Assembly: GCA_963764725.1 (NCBI GenBank)
Contig: CAVXTM010000011.1
Coordinates: 32,001 to 96,000 of the forward strand
DNA: 64,000 nucleotides
Origin: an uncultured Gammaproteobacteria bacterium
Lineage (GTDB): Bacteria > Pseudomonadota > Gammaproteobacteria > JACCXJ01
Direction: 5' to 3'
Part shown: positions 28,659 to 38,574 of the stretch, in pieces
Numbering within the stretch: the first letter of the stretch is position 1
Layout: each line of letters begins with the position of its first letter
Program-made: the position numbers and the translations under genes
Notes under the pieces: model-generated
Database searches by the model: none
What the model was told of the DNA's origin: nothing
What the model saw: only the letters and a program-made list of their open reading frames with translations

Positions 28659-29666
28659 ATGAAAGCATACGAGTTGCGAGGCGGCTTCGGCATCGGATCG
28701 TTGCAGCTCATCGACCGTCCCCAGCCGCAACCCGGTCCCGGCCAGGCAATGCTCAAGCTGCGCGCGTGGTCGCTGAACTACCGCGATCTGATGATCGTCA
28801 AGGGCCAATACGATCCGAAGCTCCGCCTGCCATGCACCCCGTTGTCGGATGGCGTCGGCGAGGTCGTCGCCGTGGGTGACGGCGTTACGCGCGTCAAAAC
28901 CGGCGATCGCGTAGCGCCCATCTTTATGCAGAAGTGGATCAACGGAGAGCTGACCGAGGCCAAGGCGCGATCGGCGCTCGGTGGCGCCAGCGAGGGGTTG
29001 CTCGCCGAGTATGCCGTGCTGGACGAGGATGGCGTGGTCCACGTGCCCGAACACCTCAACGACGAAGAGGCCGCAACGCTGCCCTGCGCGGCAGTAACCG
29101 CATGGCACGCCCTGGTGACGGAGGGCGCGGTCGCGGCCGGAAATACCGTCCTGGTCCAGGGCACCGGTGGCGTATCGCTGTTCGCCCTGCAGTTCGCGAG
29201 GCTCCTGGGCGCGCGAGTCATCGCTACATCCTCGAGCGATGCCAAGCTCGCGCGCCTGCGAGAGCTTGGAGCCTCCGACGGCGTCAACTACAAGACTACG
29301 CCCGAGTGGGGCAAGCGGGCACGTGAACTGACCGGCGGCGTGGGCGTCGATCACCTGGTGGAAGTCGGCGGCGCAGGCACGCTCAGCGAGTCGCTGCGCG
29401 CCGTGCGTATGGGGGGTCGCATCAGCCTCATCGGCGTGCTCAGCGGCCCGGGCCAGGTGGATCCGACCCCCATTCTCATGAAGAACGTGTGCGTCCAAGG
29501 CATCTTCGTCGGCAGCCGTGCCATGTTCGAGGCCATGAATGCCACCATCGCCACGGAGCAACTGCGTCCGGTCGTGGACCGGGTATTTGCGTTCGACGAG
29601 ATACGTGAGGCGCTCCGCTACATGGATAGCGGCTCGCACTTCGGCAAGATCGGGGTACGACGTTAA
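28659..29666 (+). CDS. NAD(P)-dependent medium-chain dehydrogenase/reductase
   Basis: SLNYRD, SDGVGEV, AATLPCAAVTAW, QGTGGVS, HFGKI. Confidence 0.93.
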   Translation: MKAYELRGGFGIGSLQLIDRPQPQPGPGQAMLKLRAWSLNYRDLMIVKGQYDPKLRLPCTPLSDGVGEVVAVGDGVTRVKTGDRVAPIFMQKWINGELTEAKARSALGGASEGLLAEYAVLDEDGVVHVPEHLNDEEAATLPCAAVTAWHALVTEGAVAAGNTVLVQGTGGVSLFALQFARLLGARVIATSSSDAKLARLRELGASDGVNYKTTPEWGKRARELTGGVGVDHLVEVGGAGTLSESLRAVRMGGRISLIGVLSGPGQVDPTPILMKNVCVQGIFVGSRAMFEAMNATIATEQLRPVVDRVFAFDEIREALRYMDSGSHFGKIGVRR

Positions 29667-29816
29667 TGTCCTGGCGCCGGGAGCGGCTTTGATGTACACC
29701 ACATCGTGCTTTTCAAACTACCCTTGGCACTGCCGCCCCCCAAGGACGAGCAATGATAAGGCCGTAGCGAGGCAAAGACCCGCAGAGAGAGCGACCCAGC
29801 GAGAGTCGATTTATTC

Positions 29817-30035
29817 ATGACCTCCGCGATGACAGAGAGCGGTGTTTGCCAACCGGCCAATACCCGCCAGACCTATTACGTCTCGCGGAAAGACTTGCCG
29901 GTGTCCTGCCCGATGCCGGACATGTGTCTCTGGGACTCTCACCCGCGCGTCTACTTGCCGCTGGAGGAAGGCGGAGCGGCGCGATGCCCTTATTGCAGCG
30001 CGCTCTACATTTTGACGGGATCTGACTCGGATTAA
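29817..30035 (+). CDS. zf-CHCC zinc-finger protein
   Basis: DLPVSCP..LWDSHPRVYL..CPYC. Confidence 0.9.
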   Translation: MTSAMTESGVCQPANTRQTYYVSRKDLPVSCPMPDMCLWDSHPRVYLPLEEGGAARCPYCSALYILTGSDSD

Positions 30036-30240
30036 TGACTACCGAAAGAAGCCGGCATCTGATCAGGCTTTCTGCCGGGTCTGGGCTGCGTATACATGAC
30101 TCCCGGACGCTGTGGTGCGGCTTGATGATACAGGTCCATCAGCTCATACACTAGCTTGGGCATCTCGGTTGAGACGGGCAGGCCAAGCTCCCGCGCCAAG
30201 GAGACTGTGATCGGGAAGTCGTGCGTCCACCGGCCTGACC
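30032..30240 (-). pseudogene. C-terminal fragment of a ClpP-class (SDH_sah) serine protease
   Basis: SGRWTHDFPIT..ARELGLPVSTEMP..YELMDLY. Confidence 0.7.
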
Positions 30241-30417
30241 GTGACCTTACCCTTGTGTGCGGCGAGCGCCTGGGCGATCTGTTCGGCCGCAGGCTTAGCT
30301 CATGGGCCTCGGGTGGATCCTGCTTGAAGGGGAGTCGCTCACGGCGTCGGGCACCCGGCATAAGACTTGCGGAGCGCCCTAGGCATCTTACGCACGGTTC
30401 GAATAAGGAGGTGGCAA

Positions 30418-31041
30418 ATGACAACTTTATTAGACGAGACTGTTATTTCTAGAAGCGTCGCAAACATCCTCACTCAGAAATGGTGGGCGGTCGCTTGGCG
30501 AGGCGTGTTCGCGCTGATGTTCGGTGTGCTGGTCTTCTTCTGGCCCGGCATCAGCCTGATATGGCTCGTCATGCTGTTCGGTGCTTACGCGCTGGCCGAT
30601 GGCATCTTTGCCCTCGCAAGCGCAATCGAGAAGGCAACCGAGAAGACAAGCGAGCCCAAACAGCCGTGGTGGCCCATGCTGTTACAGGGGGTGGTGGGTA
30701 TCGCGGCAGCGGTGCTCACCTTTGCCTGGCCGGACATCACCGCCTTGGTGTTGCTGTATCTGATCGCCGCCTGGGCCATCATCGCCGGTATCTTCCAGAT
30801 CGTTCAGGCGATTCGCCTCAGAAAAGAGATAGAGGGCGAGTGGCTGTTGGTGCTCGGAGGAATCGCCTCCGTGGTCTTCGGCCTGCTGCTTCAAATATTT
30901 CCCGGCGCAGGCACCTTGGCGATAGTATGGCTTATCGGAATCTACTCGATGGCCTTCGGGGTCTTGCTCCTGTTCCTCGCCTTTCGGCTGCGCCAGCGGC
31001 TCGTCAAGGCGCCGCCAGCGACGTCGCCCAAGCCGACCTAG
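30418..31041 (+). CDS. HdeD/DUF308 membrane protein
   Basis: AAGGAGG RBS; WWAVAWRG..FWPG, LFGAYALADG, IAAWAII, RLRKEIEGEW. Confidence 0.93.
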   Translation: MTTLLDETVISRSVANILTQKWWAVAWRGVFALMFGVLVFFWPGISLIWLVMLFGAYALADGIFALASAIEKATEKTSEPKQPWWPMLLQGVVGIAAAVLTFAWPDITALVLLYLIAAWAIIAGIFQIVQAIRLRKEIEGEWLLVLGGIASVVFGLLLQIFPGAGTLAIVWLIGIYSMAFGVLLLFLAFRLRQRLVKAPPATSPKPT

Positions 31042-31054
31042 CGCGCAGGGGCAG

Positions 31055-31295
31055 TGGCTGCTTGTGGTCTGCAACGCGACGCCTGTCGTCCGCGACAACT
31101 ACCGGGTGGGCGTCCCCCTGGGGGGCTTACTGGGAGGAATGCATGAACAGCGATGTCGCCTGTTACGGCGGCGGTGGCCTGGGCAACCTGGGTGGCGTGG
31201 AGGCGGCACCGGTAGGCCCACGGGCGCTACCATTCGCTCGTCCTCATGCTCCCGCCGCTCGCGGTGCTCTTCCTCAAGCCGCGAGAGCTCGCCCG
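31055..31295 (+). pseudogene. C-terminal fragment of a glycogen branching enzyme (GlgB-like)
   Basis: VCNATPVVRDNYRVGVP / YWEECMNSD..YGGGG.GNLG / HGRYHSLVLMLPPLAVLFLK across frames. Confidence 0.8.
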
Positions 31296-31700
31296 AAATT
31301 ATCTCTTTCCTCCGGGAAGGGATAGGGTGCGGGTATAGAGCTACAGGATCTAACGGTCGTCCCCAGGCGCGCTATCGTGCTCGATGGAATCTATCGGACC
31401 ACCCTAAATGAACGACCCTCCGCCGCTGCAAATTCTACCGATGTCGTGAGGGATGTCGGTATCTTTTACAACCATCGATTTCAGCGGCGGCAGCAACCGG
31501 GCAATTATACTCATGTTTTTTTTGGCATGGTGCTTGAGCGACCAGCTTCATCACGCCGTTTTCTACTCCCAAGCCGATGGGTCCAACACGAAACCTCTTG
31601 TGTCAGATTCCGCGTGCGTGGGTACGCGTGATGAGGATGCGGTAGCGATTGCGTTGCCGCTACGTGGTGACTCAATGTTACATAATTCGTGGAGGAATCT

Positions 31701-32699
31701 ATGTCAAAGTTTAAATACGGAATGGCGACAGCCAGTGCGATAGCAGCCTTTGTGGGCGTTGCTGGCCTCTCTCTCCCCCAAGCGCTGGCAGGCGATGTCC
31801 TGGGAATCCAAGTATCAGACCTCGCGACGCAACGAGCGAAGATTGAATACGAGCTCCAGAAGCAGGAATGCGATACGCTGAAGCATAGCCAACCACAAGG
31901 CTACGAATCTTGCCTGCAGAAGGCCCAATCGACGCGCGACAATCTGCTCACACAAGCCGGCTCGGCGCCCGCAGGGCAAGGGTCGCAAGGTTTCGGGTCC
32001 AATCAATCACAGCAGCAGTCTTCGGGACAGCAAAAAGGGCCGATCGAAAAAATGACCTCAGCCGTTAAAGAAACGGTTGCGGAGCTTTTCGGCTCGTCGG
32101 ACCAAGAGCAGCAAGGCCAGGGACAAGGCCAGGGACAAAGCACGGGGCAGCAACAAGCGGGCGGCACTCAAGGCTCGAATCCATTGCAGCAAGGTTTTGA
32201 AGCAGCCCAGCAGAACTTAGGGGCAGGCGGCGGACAGGGTGGTCAGAGTTTCGGCCAGCAGCCGCACGGCCAATCTGGGCAGCAAGGTACGGGCGGGACC
32301 AATCAGCAGCAGTCCTATGGTCAACAAGGGCAATCCGGCCAGGGCCAGGGATCGTTTCAGGCCGGTAATTACGGCCAGCAGCCGCAAGGCCAATTTGGGC
32401 AGCAAGGTACGAGCGGAACTAACCAGCAGTCCCAGAGCGCAGGGACGCAGGGCCTCCAAGGCTCCTCAAACCAGAAAGGAGAGTTAACGGGCGGATGGGT
32501 CGGAGAGAAGCAGGGGGCGCACATGGATCGTGGCGAATATTACCAAGTACTGGCGCGTCAGCAGTACGTGACGCTGAAACAGGAGTGTAACACTTTGAAG
32601 CAGGACCCTAACGTTTACGAACAGTGTCAAAAACATGCCGACTCCATCAGGGAAAAGATCTTAGCGATGGCAAAGGAAGGTGACCAGCGAGGAGGTTAA
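31701..32699 (+). CDS. Secreted Gln/Gly-rich low-complexity protein with two Cys-pair helical domains
   Basis: GGAGG RBS; signal peptide ending PQALA; QECDTLK..ESC and QECNTLK..EQC flanking a ~200-aa Q/G/S linker. Confidence 0.85.
   Translation: MSKFKYGMATASAIAAFVGVAGLSLPQALAGDVLGIQVSDLATQRAKIEYELQKQECDTLKHSQPQGYESCLQKAQSTRDNLLTQAGSAPAGQGSQGFGSNQSQQQSSGQQKGPIEKMTSAVKETVAELFGSSDQEQQGQGQGQGQSTGQQQAGGTQGSNPLQQGFEAAQQNLGAGGGQGGQSFGQQPHGQSGQQGTGGTNQQQSYGQQGQSGQGQGSFQAGNYGQQPQGQFGQQGTSGTNQQSQSAGTQGLQGSSNQKGELTGGWVGEKQGAHMDRGEYYQVLARQQYVTLKQECNTLKQDPNVYEQCQKHADSIREKILAMAKEGDQRGG
32251..32433 (+). repeat. Imperfect internal repeat encoding GQQPxGQxGQQGTxGTNQQ
   Basis: Two ~60-bp copies near 32251 and 32371. 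Confidence 0.75.
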
Positions 32700-32762
32700 T
32701 CCATAGCGTCCCGATGGGCCATATACGATTTTTTCTTTTGGCCTGTGGGAACCAATGACGGC

Positions 32763-32788
32763 AATGCGAGCAGCCATGCTCGCATTGC
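32763..32788. terminator. Hairpin downstream of the Q/G-rich gene
   Basis: CAATGCGAGC-agccat-GCTCGCATTG; no clear U-tract. Confidence 0.4.
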
Positions 32789-33074
32789 CGGCGGCCTCTC
32801 AGTATTCCACAAGCGTAGCGCCGGATTGACGCCTAAAGTTTTCCTCGGCTTCACGTAGGTCCGCGCAATGGTGGACACGTCTTTTCGACCGTCACGCGAA
32901 CCCGAGCCTCCTCCTTTTCAAACGATGACCGCCACGTCCCCATCGCCTCAATCGCCTTCCTTGCGCAATACGTTTGACGGCTACTTCCTGGTCGTGGCGG
33001 CTAAAACCGAGATCGCGGACGGCATCTCCCACTCATGATTTGCGGCAGTCCGAATAGTCGGGCAGCAGTAGCAG

Positions 33075-33180
33075 ATGGAAGGGAGCCGGTCAGGTCGAAA
33101 TAGGCTCCTGCCAGCGGAAGGAACAAGGACGTCGCATCGGCGCTGCCGTAGTAGCGGCGAAACGGGATTTCATCGAGCAC
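33075..33180 (-). pseudogene. Amylo-alpha-1,6-glucosidase fragment
   Basis: EIPFRRYYGSADATSLF..LAGAY..TG. Confidence 0.7.
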
Positions 33181-33189
33181 AACCTGATT

Positions 33190-33352
33190 GTTTGCCTCGC
33201 GAAACGCGACAGTCATTGCCGTCCTCTTCGTCTGTGCGCTATCCGTCGCTTCCGCCGTCTTCCTCATCGTGGAGATGGACCGAGCGTTTGAAGGCTTGAT
33301 CAAGGCATCGGCAGATCCGATGCGCTTCGCGCCCGCCCGTCTTAACCAATAG
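33190..33352 (+). pseudogene. DUF4239-like membrane protein C-terminal fragment
   Basis: NATVIAVLFVCALSVASAVFLIVEMDRAFEGLIKAS. Confidence 0.65.
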
Positions 33353-33359
33353 GCTGTCG

Positions 33360-33515
33360 TCACACGGGATAAACGCCAATCTGCCCGGCACGTGGTATGT
33401 TCATTACAATCCGGTCAAGCATGAGCTCGTCGCCGAGGTTCATGATTGGCCGTATTCAACGTATCGTCATTACGCCCGGCTCGGTCTGTATCCACAGGAT
33501 GGGGCAGGTGCCGCG
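33360..33515 (+). pseudogene. REP-associated / Y1 tyrosine transposase C-terminal fragment
   Basis: YVHYNPVKHELVAEVHDWPYST..GLYP in a frame absent from the ORF track. Confidence 0.75.
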
Positions 33516-33672
33516 CTGCCACGAAACGAAGGCGGTTATGGCGAACCGGACGAATACCACCGCGTGCGCTACGCTTGCTAATTTTTGGATCGCAGAGGCG
33601 ATAATGCAAGATGGGAGACGTGACCGCACGTACCAATTTCCAAACCGGAGGCCGGCGCAAAACGACTAGTCC

Positions 33673-34656
33673 ATGCTACATCCACGACCTTATGCAAAAA
33701 CGTCAAACGCGCGACTCGCAGGCGTCGCGTTACTTTGCGCCCTTTCTCTGCTCGGCTGCGGCGCCACGGAGCCGCCGCTCTATCAGGGCTACGTTGAGGG
33801 CGAGTTTGTCCGCGTCGCGGTCCCCTTTTCCGGCACGCTGGAGAAGCTTCAGGTGCGGCGCGGAAAAATCATCGCTGCCGGAGCGCCCCTGTTTATCCTC
33901 GAACAAGCGAACGAGGCCGCGGCGCGGCGCGAGGCCGAGGCGCGCTTGCGTGCGGCCGAGGCGCGGCTCGCCAACCTCAAGTCCGGCAGGCGTCCCGCGG
34001 AGCTCGATGTGATCAAGGCGCAGATGGACCAAGCGGTCGCCGCCGCCCAGCTTTCCGCGAGCGAGCTGAAGCGCGATGAAAAGCTGCTCGCAAACGGTTT
34101 CATCGCACCCGAACGCTTGGATACCCGTATCGCGACTAACAAGGCTGATCGCGCGCGCGTCGCCGAACTTACCCACCAGTTGAAAACCGCCCAGCTCGCG
34201 GGACGCGACGAGGAGATCCGCGCCGCGGCCGCCGAATCGAATGCCGCGCGCGCGCTACTCGAGCAGCAGTCCTGGCGACTGACCCAGAAAACCGCCAAGG
34301 CCAGCCAAGCGGCGTTGGTGTTCGATACCCTGTACAGCGAAGGCGAGTGGGTGCCGGCGGGCAGTCCGGTCGTGAGCCTGCTGCCGCCCGGTAACGTCAA
34401 GCTGCGTTTCTTTGTGCCGGAAACGGTCGTCGGTAAGCTCTCGCTTGGCCACGCCGTCGAGGCCAGATGCGACGGGTGCGCGGCGGCGATCGCGGCCAAG
34501 ATCAGCTACATTTCGCCCCAGCCCGAATTCACGCCGCCAGTGATTTATAGCAACGAGAGCCGGAGCAAACTGGTGTTCCTAGTAGAAGCCGAGCCGAGAG
34601 CGCAAGACGCCGCGCGCCTGCATCCGGGCCAACCGCTCGACATACGCCTTCAATGA
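33673..34656 (+). CDS. HlyD-family periplasmic adaptor
   Basis: Lipobox LLGC, YQGYVEGE, GEWVPAGSPV, EFTPPVIYS, LHPGQP. Confidence 0.93.
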   Translation: MLHPRPYAKTSNARLAGVALLCALSLLGCGATEPPLYQGYVEGEFVRVAVPFSGTLEKLQVRRGKIIAAGAPLFILEQANEAAARREAEARLRAAEARLANLKSGRRPAELDVIKAQMDQAVAAAQLSASELKRDEKLLANGFIAPERLDTRIATNKADRARVAELTHQLKTAQLAGRDEEIRAAAAESNAARALLEQQSWRLTQKTAKASQAALVFDTLYSEGEWVPAGSPVVSLLPPGNVKLRFFVPETVVGKLSLGHAVEARCDGCAAAIAAKISYISPQPEFTPPVIYSNESRSKLVFLVEAEPRAQDAARLHPGQPLDIRLQ

Positions 34657-35606
34657 TCTCGCGCTTAAGTAATATGCAGGCATCTGATTACGCCGTCGAC
34701 GTCCGCGGGCTCAACAAGCATTTCGGCGACAAGCATGTAGTGCGTGATCTTTCCCTGCGCGTCGGGCGCGGTGAGATCTTCGGCTTTCTCGGCCCCAACG
34801 GCAGCGGCAAGACCACCTCGATTCGAATGCTGTGCGGGCTGCTGACGCCCGATTCGGGAGAAGGTACTTGCCTCGGTTTCGACATCATTCGCGAGCGCGC
34901 CGAGGTCAAGAGGCGCGTTGGCTACATGACCCAGAAATTTTCGCTCTGGGAGGACCTCTCGATCCGCGAGAACCTCGATTTCGTGGCCCGGCTCTACGGC
35001 ATGAAGGCCCGTCGCGACGCCGTTGATCGCGCCCTGGAGAGCCTCGGTCTCGCCTCCCGCGCAAGGCAGCTCGCCGGCGCGCTTTCCGGCGGCTGGAAGC
35101 AGCGGCTGGCCTTGGCGGCGTGCATGCTGCACACCCCGGAGCTTCTGCTGCTCGATGAGCCGACCGCGGGTGTCGACCCCAAGGCACGTCGCGACTTCTG
35201 GGAGGAGATCCATCGGCTCGCGGCTGGCGGCATTTCGGTGCTGGTTTCGACCCACTACATGGACGAGGCCGAGCGGTGCCACAAGCTGGCCTACATCGCC
35301 TCCGGCCGGCTCCTCACACAGGGCACCGCTGCTGAAGTCGTCGCCCGCCAAGGACTCACGACTTGGGCGGCGAGCGGCGGCGACCTCACGGCGCTCGCGA
35401 GGAAGCTTGAGGGCAAACCAGGAGTCGATCAGATCATCGCCTTCGGCAACTCGCTGCACCTCACAGGTCTCGATGCCGCGCGCCTGGAAGCCAGTATCGA
35501 CGCGGTCCGTGGCGATGGTGCACAGCGCTGGGAACGCATCGAGTCGGGCCTCGAGGATGTGTTCATCCACCTGATGAGCGAGGCCGAGGACCGCTTCATC
35601 CCATGA
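34653..35606 (+). CDS. ABC transporter ATP-binding protein
   Basis: GPNGSGKT, LSGGWKQR, LLLDEPT, STHYMDE. Confidence 0.96.
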   Translation: MISRLSNMQASDYAVDVRGLNKHFGDKHVVRDLSLRVGRGEIFGFLGPNGSGKTTSIRMLCGLLTPDSGEGTCLGFDIIRERAEVKRRVGYMTQKFSLWEDLSIRENLDFVARLYGMKARRDAVDRALESLGLASRARQLAGALSGGWKQRLALAACMLHTPELLLLDEPTAGVDPKARRDFWEEIHRLAAGGISVLVSTHYMDEAERCHKLAYIASGRLLTQGTAAEVVARQGLTTWAASGGDLTALARKLEGKPGVDQIIAFGNSLHLTGLDAARLEASIDAVRGDGAQRWERIESGLEDVFIHLMSEAEDRFIP

Positions 35607-36736
35607 GTCGCTTTTCCTACTCCCGCTGGTGGGGCATCGTCGTCAAGGAGTTCATCCAACTCAAGCGCGACCGGCTGACGTTCGGCATGATCATCGGCAT
35701 TCCGATCATTCAGTTGCTGCTCTTCGGCTTCGCCATCAACAACGATCCCAAGGGCCTGCCCACGGCGCTGATCGTCCAGGACCACAGCGACGTGGGCCGC
35801 AGCTTCGTGCAGGGCCTCATAAACACGGGCTACTTTCGCGTCACCCAGGTCCTCGATTCGGAAAGGGAAGGCGAGGCGCTCCTCGCGCGCGGCGAGGTCC
35901 AGTTTGTCGTGACCATGCCGCCGGACTTCTCGCGCAAGCTCTTTCGCGGTGAGAAGCCGGCGCTGCTCATCGAGGCCGACGCCACCGATCCTGCCGCCAC
36001 CAGCAACGCGCTGGCCGCGGTGCTCCCGTTGTCCCAGACTGTTCTGCAACGCGATCTCAGCGGCGGCCTGGCAACGCTCGCGGGCAGCGGCCCGCCCTTC
36101 GAGGTGCGCCTCCACCGGCGTTACAACCCCGAGGGTATTACCCAGTACAACATAGTCCCAGGGTTGATGGGCGTGATCCTCACCATGACCATGGTGCTCA
36201 TGACCGGGCTGGCCATGACTCGGGAGCGGGAACGCGGCACCATGGAGAACCTGCTCGCGACACCGGCCTTGCCGGTCGAAGTGATGACCGGCAAGCTCGT
36301 GCCCTACATCATGATCGGGCTGGTGCAAGCGACCATCATCATGCTCGCCGCGCGCTACCTCTTCCGGGTGCCGTTCCTGGGCAGTGTGCCGTTGCTCTAC
36401 GGGGTGATCCTGATCTTCATCGCCGCCAATCTTACGCTCGGCATCACCTTCTCCTCCATCGCTAAGAACCAGCTTCAGGCGATGCAAATGACCTTCTTCT
36501 TTTTCCTGCCCTCGATCCTCCTCTCCGGCTTCATGTTTCCGTTCCGCGGTATGCCGGGGTGGGCGCAAACGATCGGCGAAGCGCTGCCGCTGACCCATTT
36601 CCTCCGGCTGGTGCGAGGGATATTGCTCAAGGGGCAAGGCTGGTACGATCTCTGGCCCAATGTGTGGCCGCTCGCCGCGTTCATGCTCGCGGTGATCGCG
36701 TTGGGGCTGAAGTTCTACAAACACACGCTCGATTAG
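35603..36736 (+). CDS. ABC-2 permease
   Basis: KEFIQLKRDR, RERERGTMENLL, LSGFMFPF, LPLTHF. Confidence 0.95.
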   Translation: MSRFSYSRWWGIVVKEFIQLKRDRLTFGMIIGIPIIQLLLFGFAINNDPKGLPTALIVQDHSDVGRSFVQGLINTGYFRVTQVLDSEREGEALLARGEVQFVVTMPPDFSRKLFRGEKPALLIEADATDPAATSNALAAVLPLSQTVLQRDLSGGLATLAGSGPPFEVRLHRRYNPEGITQYNIVPGLMGVILTMTMVLMTGLAMTRERERGTMENLLATPALPVEVMTGKLVPYIMIGLVQATIIMLAARYLFRVPFLGSVPLLYGVILIFIAANLTLGITFSSIAKNQLQAMQMTFFFFLPSILLSGFMFPFRGMPGWAQTIGEALPLTHFLRLVRGILLKGQGWYDLWPNVWPLAAFMLAVIALGLKFYKHTLD

Positions 36737-36840
36737 CGATAGGGCACGAAACACGACATTGTCGTTTTCGACTTTTTCGACAGCTTCGTTAGGTGCTGCG
36801 ATGACTTGACGTTCCAACGTCTGGACGTTAGTTTAAACCC

Positions 36841-37071
36841 ATGGAAACTCAAAAGCGTGCCACTGTTTATTTTGATGCCGAGGTCCATCAAGCTCTTCGG
36901 TTGAAAGCCGCAGCTTCCCATCGCTCCATTTCCGAAATGGTTAACGAGGCGGTCAAAGTCATCCTAGCGGAAGATGCTGAAGACCTCTCAGCCTTCGAGG
37001 AGCGCAAAGGCGAGCGCAGCATTTCCTTCGAGTCCTTCGTACAAGATTTGAGACGGCGTGGCCGAATATAG
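36841..37071 (+). CDS. CopG/RHH antitoxin
   Basis: KRATVYFD..HQALRLKAA..SISEMVNEAV..EDAEDL; overlaps the toxin gene. Confidence 0.9.
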   Translation: METQKRATVYFDAEVHQALRLKAAASHRSISEMVNEAVKVILAEDAEDLSAFEERKGERSISFESFVQDLRRRGRI

Positions 37072-37333
37072 GCTACGCATCAAGCCGTCGGCCGCGAAGG
37101 AGATTGATGCCATTGGCTCCAGGAGAGATCGCCGACGCATCATTGCTCGAATTGCGGCGCTCTCAAAGGAACCTCGCCCCTTGGGCTGTGAGAAGCTTGC
37201 AGGTTCCAAAAGTCGATATCGTGTTCGCCAAGGCAACTATCGTGTGGTGTACGCTTTAGATGACGCTGCGCGGCGGGTCGTAGAGGTGGTCAAAGTCGGT
37301 CATCGCCGTGAGGTCTATCGCAAAGGTACCTAA
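37058..37333 (+). CDS. RelE/ParE-family toxin
   Basis: PRPLGCEKLAG, YRVRQGNYRVVY, KVGHRREVYR. Confidence 0.93.
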   Translation: MAEYRLRIKPSAAKEIDAIGSRRDRRRIIARIAALSKEPRPLGCEKLAGSKSRYRVRQGNYRVVYALDDAARRVVEVVKVGHRREVYRKGT

Positions 37334-37508
37334 CTCCCGCCCCTGTCGGATTCCGACAAATATTGCGCAAGAATTAGCCAGGCCGGCAGTGGCTGCGTAT
37401 GATTTCATGGAGCGGCTGGATGGCTGCGAGCAGGTCCGGCGGTCACTATTATAGGACTCGAGGATCGCCTGTGACTATATAGGCCGACGAAAAACTCAAG
37501 GCAATCCG

Positions 37509-38444
37509 ATGCAAAACTTGTTGGTTACATTTTTTACGATCGTGGTCATCACGTGGTTGCTGGCGACGTTCGCCTTGTACGTGTTTCAACCCAATTTCGT
37601 CTATTTTCCCACGAAAGAGCTAGTCGCGACGCCGAAGCAAATCGGGCTTGCGTATAAATCGGTTTACTTAAGCACCGGCGACGGCGCGCGCATCCATGGC
37701 TGGTATGTGCCCGCGGATAAAGCGCGCGCTACGGTACTCTATCTGCACGGGAACGGCGGGAACATCTCCCACCGGCTCGCCGCGCTGCAAGCATTCCACG
37801 CCCTGGCGCTCAACACTTTCATCATTGATTATCACGGCTATGGATTGAGCGAGGGCGATCCGAGCGAAGACGGCACCTACCAAGACGCCGAGGCCGCCTG
37901 GGAACACCTGACGCGCACGCGCGGCCTCGCGCCCGAGGAAATCGTCGTCTTCGGCGAATCGCTGGGCGGGGCCGTCGCCGTCTGGCTGACCACCCACTAC
38001 CGGCCGGCCGGTCTCATTCTCGAATCGCCCTTTACGTCCTTGCGCGATCTGGCGAAGCGTTACTATCCGTTCGCGCCGGTGGACCTCTTATTGCGGTTCC
38101 ACTACCCCACCTTGGAACACATCGCTAAAGTCGCCTGCCCCATACTCATCGTCCATAGCCGCGACGATGAGATCGTACCCTTCGAGCACGGCGAACGGCT
38201 CTATAAAGCGATCACGGCTCGCAAGATGTTCCTGGAACGCACCGGCGGCCACAACGACGCATTCAGCGCGGATGTTAATCACTACATGCCGGCCCTCGGC
38301 CGCTTTATCACCGGGGTGCTCGTGCGCACGGACGAAGCGAGTAAGGTGCGGCGTTCTTTACCCTTCGGGCGTCGTGTGCTCAGCACCGCACTCGCTATCC
38401 GAGAGTATGTAGTCATGCCTGCTCTCAATACCGCTCATGCATGA
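37509..38444 (+). CDS. Alpha/beta hydrolase (ABHD12/13-like)
   Basis: N-terminal TM, LHGNGGN, GESLGG, DEIVP, GGHND. Confidence 0.93.
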   Translation: MQNLLVTFFTIVVITWLLATFALYVFQPNFVYFPTKELVATPKQIGLAYKSVYLSTGDGARIHGWYVPADKARATVLYLHGNGGNISHRLAALQAFHALALNTFIIDYHGYGLSEGDPSEDGTYQDAEAAWEHLTRTRGLAPEEIVVFGESLGGAVAVWLTTHYRPAGLILESPFTSLRDLAKRYYPFAPVDLLLRFHYPTLEHIAKVACPILIVHSRDDEIVPFEHGERLYKAITARKMFLERTGGHNDAFSADVNHYMPALGRFITGVLVRTDEASKVRRSLPFGRRVLSTALAIREYVVMPALNTAHA

Positions 38445-38574
38445 CACTCTTTGCTTTTTTGCACAAGATTTCATGGATAAGGGACTAAACGAATTGCGGC
38501 ATCGGTTTTGCCTTAGATGCTGGTAGCGGTTGTGCTACAATCGGCCGCGGAACTCGCTCCTGTTCATAACGCCC

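Larger units (their letters stand above)
36788..37334 (+). mobile_element. Integron-cassette-like boundaries around the TA pair
   Basis: GTTAGGT (36788) upstream and its reverse complement ACCTAAC (37328) overlapping the toxin stop; no full attC or intI seen. Confidence 0.55.

Noticed and set aside
28425-29702. 425-aa minus-strand ORF, and similar long ORFs at 15606..16775, 35429..36817 and 3606..4613
   Set aside because: Antisense shadows of motif-supported genes in high-GC DNA
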